Assembly (NCBI GenBank): GCA_025062375.1
Contig: JANXAG010000004.1
Location: forward strand, 10,542-74,541
DNA length: 64,000 nucleotides
Origin: Anaerolineae bacterium
Lineage (GTDB): Bacteria; Chloroflexota; Anaerolineae; SpSt-600
Direction: 5' to 3'
Under the pieces are notes generated by a model. That model saw only the letters and a program-made list of their open reading frames with translations. It ran no database searches and was not told where the DNA came from. The translations under genes and the position numbers were made by a program. How positions within the stretch are numbered: the first letter of the stretch is position 1; every line of letters starts with the position of its first letter. Positions 28,276 to 39,000 of this stretch are shown one piece after another.

Positions 28276-29727
28276 GTGGCGGAAAGATTCAGGCCCGATT
28301 ATTACCAGACACTGGAAGTATCACCTTTCGCCTCTCAGGAAGAAATAGAGAGGGCTTACAGGCGTCTGGTGAAGGAGTACCATCCTGATGTCCTCAAGGC
28401 CTTTAAAACCGCCTTCCTCTTTCGCCAGCTTCAGGAGGCCTATGAGGTCCTCAGGGATCCCGAACGCCGTAAGGTTTACGACGAATGGCTTAAATCTCAA
28501 GGCCTTTACCCCGAAAGAATCTTCTGGGTTGAAGTTCTTCTAAGCCATAGGGCTTTGCCCCCGTTGTCCGAAGCTCAGGCCTGGTACGTCCTTTTCACCC
28601 TGCACGCTGAAAGCAATCATGTGGTACCGCCAAAGCCCATCAATCTCTGTTTGCTCATAGATACAAGCACTTCCATGAAAGGACCGAAGCTGGAAAGTGC
28701 CGTTAAAGCCGCTGAACTGGTCCTGCGAAACTTGAAGAAAGAAGACACTTTAGCAGTGGTTAGCTTCAACGATAGAGCAACGGTGGTCCTGCCGGCCTCC
28801 CATCAATATGACCCCAGGAAGGCCCTTTCTTTACTGAAGAAAATGAAAGCCGAGGGGGGCACGGAGATGTCCTACGGTATTTCTGCCGGCCTTTCGGAGC
28901 TTTCCAGAGCTGGCAAAACAAAGGAAAACATAAACCACATGATCCTTCTTACCGACGGTAACACTTACGGCGATGAGGAAGAGTGTATAAGGCTTGCCAG
29001 AGAAGCTAAAGCCAGAGGGATATCAATAACGACCATTGGCCTTGGCACGGCCTGGAACGAAGAGCTTCTGGAAACCATAGCCCAAGCAAGTGGGGGAATG
29101 AGCCTTTACATCCCTGGGCCTAAAGAGTTACCCAGAGCCTTTCAGGAGAGGGTTGAAGCTTTAGCCAGGGCTCTTTCCTCCTTCTTCGGGAAAATTGAAA
29201 CCTCACATGTATCATTGAAAGGCTTGTTCCGCCTGGACCCTCAAACGAGCAGGGTGACGGTGGACGATAGCCCCTTCTTCCTGGGCCCCTTCAGTGGGTC
29301 AATCCGCCTGCTGGCAGAGCTCGTGGTGCCACCGCTCCCGGTTGGAGAGCATTCCGTCCTCAGGTGGGAATTTACGGATGTAAAAGGTGAATTCTCAGCC
29401 CGTGGAGAGATTTTCCTCGCCATACTGGAGGGAACCGGAGAGCAGGCGATACCCCATGAAATCCTCACAGCAGCCGGGCAGGTAGCTATTTTCAAGCTCA
29501 GGGAAAAGGCATGGCAGGAAATAAAAACGGGGAAAACGGCAAAAGCAAGCGGCAGTCTCCTGCTCCTGGCCAGGCGCCTGGAAAGCATAGGGGAAAAAGA
29601 GCTGGCCCTCCTGGCCCGAAAGGAAGCCCAGATGCTTCCTGAAGTGGGAGGCCTCTCGCCTGAGGGACGCAAAAGGCTTTACTACGGCACAAGGCTTTTA
29701 GCTCTAAAGCCCCCGGAGGAGAAATGA
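28276..29727 (+). CDS. J-domain (DnaJ N-terminal) + von Willebrand factor A domain protein
   Basis: DYYQTLEV…YRRLVKEYHPD J-domain with HPD. vWA MIDAS (LIDTSTSM…, LTDGNTYGDEE). Confidence 0.75.
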   Translation: MAERFRPDYYQTLEVSPFASQEEIERAYRRLVKEYHPDVLKAFKTAFLFRQLQEAYEVLRDPERRKVYDEWLKSQGLYPERIFWVEVLLSHRALPPLSEAQAWYVLFTLHAESNHVVPPKPINLCLLIDTSTSMKGPKLESAVKAAELVLRNLKKEDTLAVVSFNDRATVVLPASHQYDPRKALSLLKKMKAEGGTEMSYGISAGLSELSRAGKTKENINHMILLTDGNTYGDEEECIRLAREAKARGISITTIGLGTAWNEELLETIAQASGGMSLYIPGPKELPRAFQERVEALARALSSFFGKIETSHVSLKGLFRLDPQTSRVTVDDSPFFLGPFSGSIRLLAELVVPPLPVGEHSVLRWEFTDVKGEFSARGEIFLAILEGTGEQAIPHEILTAAGQVAIFKLREKAWQEIKTGKTAKASGSLLLLARRLESIGEKELALLARKEAQMLPEVGGLSPEGRKRLYYGTRLLALKPPEEK

Positions 29728-30143
29728 TCCGTTGCCCTGCCTGCGGAGCAGAGAATTTGCCCAATACCCTTTTCTGCGAAGAATGCGGTGAACCCCTTAT
29801 GCACGGGGGGAAACTCAGCGTCAGGATAGTTTCCCTGACGGAAGGATGGGAGGTAAAATTGCCAATAGAAAGTGAGATAATCATCGGCAGAGCGGACCCG
29901 TCAGCGGGTTTCAGGCCCCATCTTGATTTATCCGATAGGGGAGGGCTTGAAAAAGGGGTTTCCAGAAGACACCTTCGCCTTTTTCGGCAGGGCAAAAGGG
30001 TTTATGCTGAAGACCTGGGCAGTTATAACGGCTCCTTCATCAATAACAGCCGCCTTCTGCCCTTTGCCCCTCAAGTCATCGCTTCAGGGGATGAGCTGCG
30101 CCTGGGAGGAGAAATCTTGAAAATTTATCTGGAGGAGGGGTGA
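29724..30143 (+). CDS. zinc-ribbon + FHA domain protein
   Basis: N-terminal CPACG…CEECG ribbon. FHA core (IIIGR…VSRRHLRL…GSYNGSFINN). ATGA overlap with the upstream gene. Confidence 0.8.
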   Translation: MIRCPACGAENLPNTLFCEECGEPLMHGGKLSVRIVSLTEGWEVKLPIESEIIIGRADPSAGFRPHLDLSDRGGLEKGVSRRHLRLFRQGKRVYAEDLGSYNGSFINNSRLLPFAPQVIASGDELRLGGEILKIYLEEG

Positions 30144-30148
30144 GAGCT

Positions 30149-30388
30149 ATGGCCTATACCGTGGTAATCCACCTGGTTGGGGAGGAACCAATAATGGCGG
30201 AAATGGAAAAACTGCCTGATCCATCAGATAACTGCGTTATCTGTACTGGTGTCCGCAGAAGGGATGGGAAACCTGTGGAGTACGTGGAAGCCAATGTAGA
30301 TATAGTCATATTTCCTTGGCACAGGATAAGCGTCATAGAAGTTCTGCCTTCAGTGGAAGAGGAAGTGGTGGAATTTTTCAGGGAATAG
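30149..30388 (+). CDS. small hypothetical protein (~80 aa)
   Basis: ORF immediately after the FHA gene (alternative GTG at 30140 overlaps its stop). No recognisable motif. 11-nt convergent overlap with the next gene. Confidence 0.35.
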   Translation: MAYTVVIHLVGEEPIMAEMEKLPDPSDNCVICTGVRRRDGKPVEYVEANVDIVIFPWHRISVIEVLPSVEEEVVEFFRE

Positions 30389-31070
30389 AGAGGCGGAAGC
30401 CGTGTCCCCTCACCGTTTCAATGAATTTTGTATCGGGGTCAAGGGAAGCCAGGCGCTCCCTAAGCCTGTGGACGACGGCATCTATAGCCTGGTCTGTTAT
30501 GCCACCTCTGGCTTCTGGCCAGAGGGTTTGGGCTATTTCTTCGCGCGTAACGACACGCCCTGAGGCATCGTATAAAAGTTCCAGAAGGCGAAACTGAAGA
30601 GGTGAAAGGGGTGGGGTTAATTCCTTACCCTTTACCCATACTTTACGGGAAACTTTATCTAACCTTAAAAGAGGTTCGCTTTCAATGGTAACAGGTGCAG
30701 TTGCTCCAGCGTCCACGAACAGAAGCTTGAAGGCAAACGCTATAGCTATCTCATCGCCGTCCCTCAAAGTGTGGGGTGCGGACAGGGGAATGCCGTTGAC
30801 AAAGGTGCCATTTTTGCTTCCCAGATCTTCCAGGACGAAATCTTTTCCCTGGCGAGTTATACGAGCGTGGAAGCGTGAAACCCGGCGGTCAAAGAGGGGG
30901 ATATCGCAGGACTCGTGGCGACCTATAGTTATCACCTCCTGCTTTAATTCCCAGCGTTTCCCCCGTTCTGGCCCTTCCGTTAAGATTAAAATTGGCCCTT
31001 CCCAATGGGCAGGAGGTTCGTAGTCTTCGGACATGTTAGAGCTGGCCAAACCCCTTACCCCTGGAACCAT
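30378..31070 (-). CDS. FHA domain + OmpR/PhoB-type winged-helix DNA-binding protein (no receiver domain)
   Basis: FHA ([14 protein letters not shown]…VSRFHARI…[10 protein letters not shown]). C-terminal trans_reg_C ([12 protein letters not shown]…VTREEI…VHRLRERL…[11 protein letters not shown]). GGGAG RBS 7 nt before the 31070 ATG. Confidence 0.75.
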   Translation of the reverse strand: MVPGVRGLASSNMSEDYEPPAHWEGPILILTEGPERGKRWELKQEVITIGRHESCDIPLFDRRVSRFHARITRQGKDFVLEDLGSKNGTFVNGIPLSAPHTLRDGDEIAIAFAFKLLFVDAGATAPVTIESEPLLRLDKVSRKVWVKGKELTPPLSPLQFRLLELLYDASGRVVTREEIAQTLWPEARGGITDQAIDAVVHRLRERLASLDPDTKFIETVRGHGFRLSIP

Positions 31071-32016
31071 TTTACGCTCCCGTTACAAAATATTGGAACT
31101 GATCGGGAGAGGAGGGATGGGCTCGGTTTATAGAGCCGAAGACCTCCTTCTCAGAGGGCGTTTTTGCGCCATCAAGGAAATAATTCCCCACCTCGCTCAG
31201 GATCCGAAAGCCATAGAAGAACTGAAAGGTCAATTCTATCAGGAAGCCAGCGTTCTGGCTCGCCTTGACCACCCCAACCTCCCCAAAGTTTCTGATTATT
31301 TCACCGAGGGCGATAGAGAGTACCTTGTTATGGATTTTGTCCCTGGTAAGGACCTGAAAACCATTGTAAACGAAGCAAGGGCAGCGGGCAAATTCCTGGA
31401 TGAAGAGATAGTGCTTAAATGGGCCGAGCAACTTTGCTCTGCCCTGGAATACCTCCATAACCAGAGCCCACCCATCCTTCACCGGGACATAAAACCCTCT
31501 AACATAAAACTCACTCCCGCAGGAACTGTTAAACTTGTGGATTTTGGCCTTGTAAAGCTCCTTTACTCCGATGAAGAGAGAACCATAACAGTGCTGGAAG
31601 GGAGAGGAACCTTACCTTATACTCCTCTTGAGCAATACGCAGGGGAATCGGGCACAACGGATACCCGCTCAGACATTTACTCGCTCGGGGCAACCCTCTA
31701 CCATCTCCTTACCGGTCAGCCGCCCCCTGATGCTAAGATGCGTTTCCTGAAGCCGGGATCCCTTATTCCACCCCGGAAGATAAATCCTGCAGTTTCACCC
31801 CACGTGGAAAAAGCTATCCTTTGGGCTATGGAGCTCCACCCTGATAACCGCCCACCTGATGTGCGAACTTTCGCCTCTGCCCTCCTGGGCCCATATAAAG
31901 GGGAGCCTGGAGAAAAGGAGGAGAAATGGGCTGATGCTCTTATAGCCAACTGGCCCTTTATCCTTCTGGCTTTGCTTCTGACTCTGGTGGCTCTTTTTTT
32001 GAGCCTCTCCTTCTGA
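31033..32016 (+). CDS. Ser/Thr protein kinase with C-terminal TM anchor
   Basis: Kinase motifs ([31 protein letters not shown]). Paralog of the 26380 kinase. C-terminal hydrophobic helix. Confidence 0.85.
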   Translation: MLELAKPLTPGTILRSRYKILELIGRGGMGSVYRAEDLLLRGRFCAIKEIIPHLAQDPKAIEELKGQFYQEASVLARLDHPNLPKVSDYFTEGDREYLVMDFVPGKDLKTIVNEARAAGKFLDEEIVLKWAEQLCSALEYLHNQSPPILHRDIKPSNIKLTPAGTVKLVDFGLVKLLYSDEERTITVLEGRGTLPYTPLEQYAGESGTTDTRSDIYSLGATLYHLLTGQPPPDAKMRFLKPGSLIPPRKINPAVSPHVEKAILWAMELHPDNRPPDVRTFASALLGPYKGEPGEKEEKWADALIANWPFILLALLLTLVALFLSLSF

Positions 32017-33202
32017 TCATTCCCCCTCCCAGGGCCGCTAAACCCAGCATAAACATAACGGTCCTTATCCCCAGAAAGTCAGCCATGCTTCCGCTGAAAA
32101 GCATGATCCCTATTGAAGAGATATTCACCACCAGATATTGAGTGGAGAAAACCCTTCCTCTCAAGTTGGCGGGAGGTCTTTCCTGAAGTAGAGTTTTAGC
32201 GGGCACGAAAATCAGAGCCATCCCTGCCCCGCAGGCCATAGCCGAAAGGCTCAAGAAACCAGGGAGTTTTCCTCCAAAAAGGGCCATTGCCGAGATAGAG
32301 GCTCCAAGGCCCAGAAGGCCATAGCATATCCAATCCTCATGAACCAGGAAGCGGGAACAGCGGTTCAAAAGAAGTAACCCCACCACAAAGCCTATCCCAA
32401 CAGGTATCACCACAAGCGGAAATCTTGAAGCATCCCACCCCATCGTCCTGTAGATAAACCCGGGCAGGAGAGTGGAGATAGAAAGCATTATGAGGGTGGT
32501 GAGGCTCAACTGAAAGACAGCGGTTCTGGTTAGCCTATCCTTAGCGATCCATTCCCACCCATATTTTAGTTCTTCCCAGAAATTCATCTTTGCCGCAGTA
32601 ACAGGATCATGGGCCCCCTTAGGGAGAAGGAAAGCATTAATCGCAGCTATAACTGAGAAGACCAGGGCTACGAGGGGGACGTTCTGAAGGCCCAGAAATT
32701 TTATGAGCACAGGGCCCAGCAGGAGAGCACCTGTTCCCTGGGCTACAACAGAACTGATCTGGAAAACCGAGTTGGCCCTGATGAGATCCCTGCGCCTGAC
32801 CAGTGCCGGGAGGAGGGCTGCTTCTGCGGGGGAGATAAACTGGTTTAAAACCGATAGAAAGACATTAACAAGATAGGCAGAAAGCAAAAGCGGGAATCCC
32901 TTTAAAAATCGCAGAGCCAGGAAGAAAAGCCCCGCTACTGTGCCCTTGAACAGATGCGCAAGCACCAGAGTTACTCGTCGGTTAAACCTATCCACAAGAG
33001 GTCCAGCCACCAGGCTGGCTATGGTTCCAGGCACCGTTATAGTTAAAATAACAACACCTGTTTGGAGGCTGGAGCGGGTTTCAAGCTCTACCAGAACCAC
33101 CGTATTCAGGTTGAGCGCATAAACTGCTGAAAGGGAGAGGAACTGGGCAGCCAGAAGTCGCGCAAAAGAGATATTTTTAAAAAGCGAAAGAGCTTCTACC
33201 AT
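31958..33202 (-). CDS. MFS transporter
   Basis: 12 predicted TM helices, MFS-like loop motifs ([10 protein letters not shown]). Confidence 0.7.
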   Translation of the reverse strand: MVEALSLFKNISFARLLAAQFLSLSAVYALNLNTVVLVELETRSSLQTGVVILTITVPGTIASLVAGPLVDRFNRRVTLVLAHLFKGTVAGLFFLALRFLKGFPLLLSAYLVNVFLSVLNQFISPAEAALLPALVRRRDLIRANSVFQISSVVAQGTGALLLGPVLIKFLGLQNVPLVALVFSVIAAINAFLLPKGAHDPVTAAKMNFWEELKYGWEWIAKDRLTRTAVFQLSLTTLIMLSISTLLPGFIYRTMGWDASRFPLVVIPVGIGFVVGLLLLNRCSRFLVHEDWICYGLLGLGASISAMALFGGKLPGFLSLSAMACGAGMALIFVPAKTLLQERPPANLRGRVFSTQYLVVNISSIGIMLFSGSMADFLGIRTVMFMLGLAALGGGMIRRRGSKKEPPESEAKPEG

Positions 33203-33634
33203 GGCCTGGTTCCTCCAGCTAATGATACCACACCCCGGATAAGGCAGGCAAAGTCTTTTTCCACGAAGGTGGTGAATCTGAGAGCGAAAATCAGGCGAAC
33301 ATAGACTAATCTTGTCCTGGGAAGTGCACTATGGCGGCTGTTATTCCCCGCTTGCCTGACTTGGAAAAGAACCAATCGAAAGACCGGAGGCCTGTCCCCA
33401 CTAAAGTAGAAGTCCACCGCTGCCGACCTTGTTAAGCACTGCCCTTGAGGAGTCGCGCGGGCAAATCAAGGGCATCTGAGAGCGACCTTGTGAACAACAG
33501 TGCCTGAGCTTGATAGAGGCACACTGCTGGATGGCGAGACGTTCTGGAATGGCCGAAGAAAGGGGAGCTTCAGGAAGTTGAAGGAAGTGGAAAATCATGG
33601 TATACTTTCCCCAAAAAGAGGAGATGAAGATGAA

Positions 33635-34876
33635 ATGGAGCATCTGGCGGCCTTTCTTTTCCTTTTGGTCCTTTTTCTCTTTGCAGCTAAAGCAATGAGC
33701 TGGCTCTTCATAAGGTTGCATCTTCCGGCCATCTTGGGAGAACTTCTTGCCGGAATTATCCTTGGGCCAAGCTTGCTGAATGTGCTTCACCAGCCCTTCT
33801 TCAGCCACGAAGAGTTTTTCCCCATAATAATGGCTCTCGCCGAATTAGGTGTAATACTTCTCATGGGAATAGCCGGTATAGAAATTGAGCTGGAAGAATT
33901 CCTCAAAACCAGAAAAGTAGCCCTTTTAGCTGGAGCCCTGGGCTTCTTCCTCACCATGACCACAGGGACGGTAATAGCTTACCTGTTCCGTCAACCCTTT
34001 ATACCCTCTCTTTATCTGGGGCTTACCCTCAGCGTTACCAGTGTGGGCATTTCTGCCCAAACTCTCCTGGAGCTAAAGAGGCTCAATACTCGAGAAGGTA
34101 TGGGCCTTTTGGGTGCAGCGGTAGTGGATGACATACTGGCTTTGCTCGGGCTGGCAGTCTTTACAAGCCTTATAGTCCAGGCGGGCAACAATTTCAGCGT
34201 TGTGTTTTCTTTAGCAAGGGCATTGCTTTACATAGTTGTGGCCTTTTTCCTGGCTCGCTGGCTCATCCCTGCTATCTCCAGATGGGTTCAGCGTCAGCCC
34301 CTGGGTGAGAGCATTGCTTCTTTAGCCTTTGTCACTTTCTTTCTTTTCTCGGGAATAGCAGAGGAATGGGGAGGGCTGGCAGCCATCACGGGAGCTTTCA
34401 TCGCTGGTTTGGGATTCGGAGCATCCCCCATAAGGCATTCTGTAGTGGAAAAACTTCGTCCTATAGCTTACGGCTTTCTGACACCTTTGTTCTTCATCAG
34501 TATAGGATTAAGGGCTGATGCACGGGGATTTTCACCTCAAATAGCAGCTTTGTATTTATCGCTTGCCCTGGGAGTGATGCTTTCCAAAATTCTGGGGTGT
34601 GGCCTGGGCGCCTGGGCTGGTGGTTTTTCGCCTTCTGAAGCCTTTAAGCTGGGGATTGGGATGATGCCTCAGGGAGAAGTGGCTTTAATCCTGGCCTCTT
34701 TAGGGCTTACAGCGGGCTATATGGAGCCCAACAACTTCGTGGCAGTTATCGGCGTGATCCTGACCACGGTCCTCCTGACGCCCATTCTGCTCCGGATAGC
34801 TTTTGAACCGCCGGCCTTTTTAAAGGAGGCTTTCAGAAAGCGAAAAATAGAAGAACAACCTGCTTCGGAGGGATAA
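33635..34876 (+). CDS. monovalent cation:proton antiporter (CPA family, Na+/H+ exchanger-like)
   Basis: Start set at MEHLAAF… (RBS GAGGAG upstream; the longer track ORF has a non-membrane leader). Sodium/hydrogen exchanger family TM pattern (ILGELLAGIILGPS). Confidence 0.75.
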   Translation: MEHLAAFLFLLVLFLFAAKAMSWLFIRLHLPAILGELLAGIILGPSLLNVLHQPFFSHEEFFPIIMALAELGVILLMGIAGIEIELEEFLKTRKVALLAGALGFFLTMTTGTVIAYLFRQPFIPSLYLGLTLSVTSVGISAQTLLELKRLNTREGMGLLGAAVVDDILALLGLAVFTSLIVQAGNNFSVVFSLARALLYIVVAFFLARWLIPAISRWVQRQPLGESIASLAFVTFFLFSGIAEEWGGLAAITGAFIAGLGFGASPIRHSVVEKLRPIAYGFLTPLFFISIGLRADARGFSPQIAALYLSLALGVMLSKILGCGLGAWAGGFSPSEAFKLGIGMMPQGEVALILASLGLTAGYMEPNNFVAVIGVILTTVLLTPILLRIAFEPPAFLKEAFRKRKIEEQPASEG

Positions 34877-34879
34877 TTT

Positions 34880-35239
34880 ATGCCTAAATGTGTTGTCCTT
34901 ATCATGACCAAGCTTGACAGGCTTTACGATGTTATCCGGGCTTGGGAAAACCTTGGGATACCAAGCCTCACCATGGTGAATACAATGGGGATGGCTTCTC
35001 TTAAGACCTGGGTTGGAAGAGAAGATGTCCCCCTTATCCCTTCCATCCGTTCAATTTTAGAGTGTGAAGAGCTGACCTTTTCCCATCGGACTATCTTTTC
35101 AGTGGTTCCAGACGATTTTGATGTGGAGAAATTGATAGAGGAGACGGAAAAAATTACAGGTTCGCTTGACGAACCTGAAACAGGCTTCTTCTTCGTGTTT
35201 CCGGTTCTGATGGCGCGGGGACTGAAGAAAAAGAGCTGA
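34880..35239 (+). CDS. small PII-like (GlnB-fold?) protein coupled to the antiporter
   Basis: Starts 3 nt after the antiporter stop. About 119 aa with beta-alpha-beta pattern and a T-loop-like insert. Assignment by fold-pattern recall only. Confidence 0.35.
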   Translation: MPKCVVLIMTKLDRLYDVIRAWENLGIPSLTMVNTMGMASLKTWVGREDVPLIPSIRSILECEELTFSHRTIFSVVPDDFDVEKLIEETEKITGSLDEPETGFFFVFPVLMARGLKKKS

Positions 35240-35297
35240 AAAGTTTTCCCTCAGGCCCGCTTTTCCCAAAAGGCGAAGAATTAAAACTTAGCCTGGT

Positions 35298-35325
35298 TTG
35301 CTTTTTCGAGCTCTTCTGGTATAAT
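35298..35325 (+). promoter_or_regulatory. sigma-70 promoter (TTGCTT-16-TGgTATAAT) of the T-box leader
   Basis: TTGCTT 35298-35303, TG-extended TATAAT 35320-35325. Confidence 0.6.
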
Positions 35326-35332
35326 TAATAAA

Positions 35333-35608
35333 AACACAAAAGCGATGATGGAGACGAGTAGGCAGGAGGTACCGCTCAGAGAGCCCGGGGAAGGTGGAAG
35401 CCGGGTGTGGGAGGCCTGCTGAAAATCCCTCCGGAGCTGCCAGCCGAAAGCCAGGAACAAACCTGGTCAGTAGACCTGGCCGGATTCGCCGCCCGTTATA
35501 AGCGGCGGGGGTATGAAGGTACCCCTCAGGAGCGGGCTATCCTTAGCCAATAAGGGTGGTACCGCGGGAGTGAGAAGCTCCCGTCCCTTAAGACGGGAGC
35601 TTTTCGTT
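35333..35608 (+). ncRNA. T-box riboswitch leader with intrinsic terminator
   Basis: Conserved T-box sequence AAUAAGGGUGGUACCGCGGG at 35549-35568. Terminator hairpin AGCUCCCGUC…GACGGGAGCU plus U-tract at 35575-35608. Candidate specifier context GAAAAUCCC (AUC=Ile) in stem I. Confidence 0.8.
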
Positions 35609-35633
35609 TATCAGGACCTAAGAGGAGGAAGCT

Positions 35634-36064
35634 TGACTTTCAAAATAGAACCGGATTGGGAAGGAGAAGCTCATTACACCATAATCTTTGACGGAGGGAG
35701 CGAGGGAAATCCTGGCCCCGGTTACGGAAGCTATGCCATAATCACTAAAACAGGCCGGAAAAGGTTTTATCGTCTCACTTTCGGGGAAATGTCCTCCAAC
35801 GAGGCAGAATACAGAGCCTTAGCTTCCGCACTGTCTGAACTGATAAGCATTATAGAGGGAGCTGGCAGAAGTCCTGAGGAATTCACACTGGAAGTGCAGG
35901 GCGACAGTGCTCTGGTCATAAATCAGGTCTTGGGGTTGTGGAAAGCGCGGGAGCAAAACCTAAAAGAGCTCCGGGATGAAGTCCGCAGGCTCCTCGGCCG
36001 CTTTAAGGCCTGGAGGCTCGTCAAAGTTCCAAGAACCCAGGTCAAGAAAAAGTTAGGACATTAA
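35634..36064 (+). CDS. RNase H-like (RNase HI/RVT_3-type) small protein
   Basis: TTG start 5 nt after AGGAGG. IIFDGGSEGNPGPGYGSYAII (RNase HI DG…GNPGPG signature), EAEYRAL (catalytic Glu), GDSALVINQ (catalytic Asp). 13 nt upstream of ileS. Confidence 0.6.
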
Positions 36065-36077
36065 ATCCAAAAGGGAG

Positions 36078-39000
36078 GTGGGTATGGCTTTTAAAGAAGT
36101 ATCCCCAAAAGTCAATCTTCCCCAGATGGAAGAAGAAGTGCTGCGCTTTTGGAAGGAGCATGGAATCTTTGAAAAAAGCCTTGAAAAACGCAAGGATGCC
36201 CCCCGCTACGTATTCTACGAAGGACCACCTACCGCCAATGGCCTTCCAGGAGTCCACCACGTCCTGGCCAGAGTGTTCAAGGATCTGTTCCCCCGCTATA
36301 AAACCATGAAAGGATATTACTGCTTGAGGAAAGGAGGATGGGATACCCATGGCCTTCCTGTGGAGCTGGAAATTGAAAAAGAGCTCGGCTTCACATCCAA
36401 GAGCCAAATAGAAGAGTTCGGCATTGCCGAATTCAACCGCCTCTGTAAGGAAAGCGTGTTCCGCTATGTGAAAGAGTGGGAAGAGCTCACTGACCGCATC
36501 GGCTTCTGGATTGACATGAAAAACGCCTACATAACCTTGAGCAACGAATTCATAGAATCGGTCTGGTGGATTTTGAAACAATTCTGGGACAAAGGCCTCA
36601 TTTACAAAGGTTATAAATCCGTGCCCTATTGCCCCCGCTGCGGGACACCCCTTTCCGACCATGAGGTGGCTCTGGGCTACAAAGAGGTAGAAGATCCATC
36701 TATCTACGTGCTCTTCCCCCTCAGAGATGAGCCGGGCACTTATTTTCTGGCCTGGACCACAACCCCCTGGACCCTTCCGGGCAACGCCGCTCTGGCCATT
36801 CATCCGGAAGTAGAATATGTTGCAGTGGAACAAGTTAGGGACGGGAAAACCGAGCGTTATATCCTGGCCAAACCCCTTGTGGGAGATGTAATCCGTGGTG
36901 AATACCGTGTTGTCCGGACATTCCATCCCCAGGAGCTGGCCAGAAAATACTATATCCCCCTTTACTCCTTCCTACCCCTGGATAAAGATGCCCATTACGT
37001 GCTCCTGGCTGATTTTGTCAACATTGAAGAGGGAACTGGCATAGTCCATATCGCCCCCGCTTTCGGCGCCGAAGACCTGGAAGTGGGCCAGAAGTACGAC
37101 CTGCCTATAATTCAAACCGTAGATCCTGACGGTCGGATGGTTGAAGCCGTTACTCCCTGGAAAGGCCTTTTCGTGAAAGAGGCAGACCCCCTCATCATTA
37201 AGGACCTGGAGGAAAGAGGGCTCCTTTACCGCCGGGAACTTTACACTCACACTTACCCCTTCTGCTGGCGGTGCGGGACACCTCTGCTTTACTATGCTCA
37301 CCCCACCTGGTTCATCCAGACTACCCGCTACCGTGACCTTATGGTTTCCCTTAACAAGAAGATAAACTGGGTGCCAGAGCACATAAGGGACGGTCGGTTT
37401 GGCAACTGGCTTGAGAACAACATTGACTGGGCTTTGAGCCGGAACCGCTACTGGGGAACACCTCTGCCCATTTGGGTTTGCGAAGGTTGCGAGGATATGA
37501 CCTTTATCGGAAGCTACAAAGAACTTAGGGATAGAGTGGAAAGTTCCGGCTACACCTGGCCTGACCCTTGGGATCCCCACAGACCTTATGTGGACCAGGT
37601 GGTTTTCCATTGTGAAAGGTGCGGTGGTCTGAAGCGCCGCGTCCCCGAAGTAATTGACTGCTGGTTTGATTCGGGAGCTATGCCTGTGGCTCAATGGCAT
37701 TATCCCTTTGAGAACCAAGAAATCTTTGAGGATCAGTTTCCGGCCGATTACATCTGCGAAGCTGTGGATCAGACCCGAGGCTGGTTCTACAGCCTCCATG
37801 CTATCTCCACCATGCTCTTTGAAAACCTTTGCTTCAAAAACGTAATCTGCCTGGGCCTCATTCTGGACGAGAAAGGCGAGAAGATGTCCAAATCTAAAGG
37901 GAACGTAGTTGACCCTTGGTCAGTCATAAACCAGTATGGGGCTGATGCAGTGCGCTGGTATCTTTTCACCGCTGCCCCGCCTGGTCAGGAACGCCGCTTC
38001 TCCCAGGCCCTAGTGGGTGAAGTGGTGAGTAAATTCATGCTCACCCTCTGGAACTCCTATGCTTTCTTCGTAACCTATGCCAACATAGACGGTTTCAACC
38101 CACGGGAAAACTATGTGCCTCCGGCCGAAAGAGCATCCCTGGACCGCTGGATCCTTTCCGAATTGAACCTCCTGGTCAAGAACACTACCGAAGCTATGGA
38201 ACGTTACGACGTACCAGGGGCTGCCAGGCCTATAGAGGACTTCGTGGACAATCTTTCCAACTGGTATATCCGGCGGAGCCGCCGCCGCTTCTGGAAGAGC
38301 GAAGCCGACCAGGACAAGCTCTCCGCCTATCATACCCTTTATGAAACCCTGGTAACCCTGTCCAAACTCCTGGCGCCTTTTACTCCCTTCATAGCCGAGG
38401 AAATCTACCGCAACCTGGTCCTGAATGTTGACCCTTCCGCGCCTGAAAGCGTCCATCTCTGCGACTATCCGGTGGCTGATGAAAGCCTCATAGAGCAGGA
38501 CCTTATGGTTGATACTCGTCTGGCAATGCGGCTGGCAAGCCTGGGGCTGGCAGCCCGCAACAAGGCCCGCATTAAAGTCCGCCAGCCTCTGGAAAAAGTG
38601 CTGATCAAAGTGCGCTCGGAAGAGGAAAAGGCCAGGGTCCTGCGGATAGCAGATCAGCTCCAGGACGAGCTTAACGTCAAAGAGGTGGAGCTTATTGATG
38701 ATGAGACCACGGTTACTTCCTACCGACTGGACACGGTGCCTGAACTTCTGGGCAAAAAACTCGGCAGCCTCTACCCCAGAGTAAGAGAACACCTGCAAAC
38801 CATCACCGATCCTCAGGTAGCTCGCAGGCTCCTTGCGGGTCTCCCGGTAGAAATTGAACTGCCTGAAGGCTCCTTCACCCTTTCTCCAGAAGAAGTTACA
38901 GTGGAGCTGGTGGACAAAGAAGGTTATGCCTCGGCCTTTGAAGCTGGCTACCTGGTGGCTGTCACCACGACTATAACCCCTCAGCTCCGGAGGGAAGGCC

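Noticed and set aside
34880-35239. Calling the 119-aa ORF a bona fide GlnB/GlnK nitrogen regulator
   Set aside because: It lacks the canonical GlnB T-loop Tyr context and signature. Only a PII-like fold is suspected, so it is described generically.
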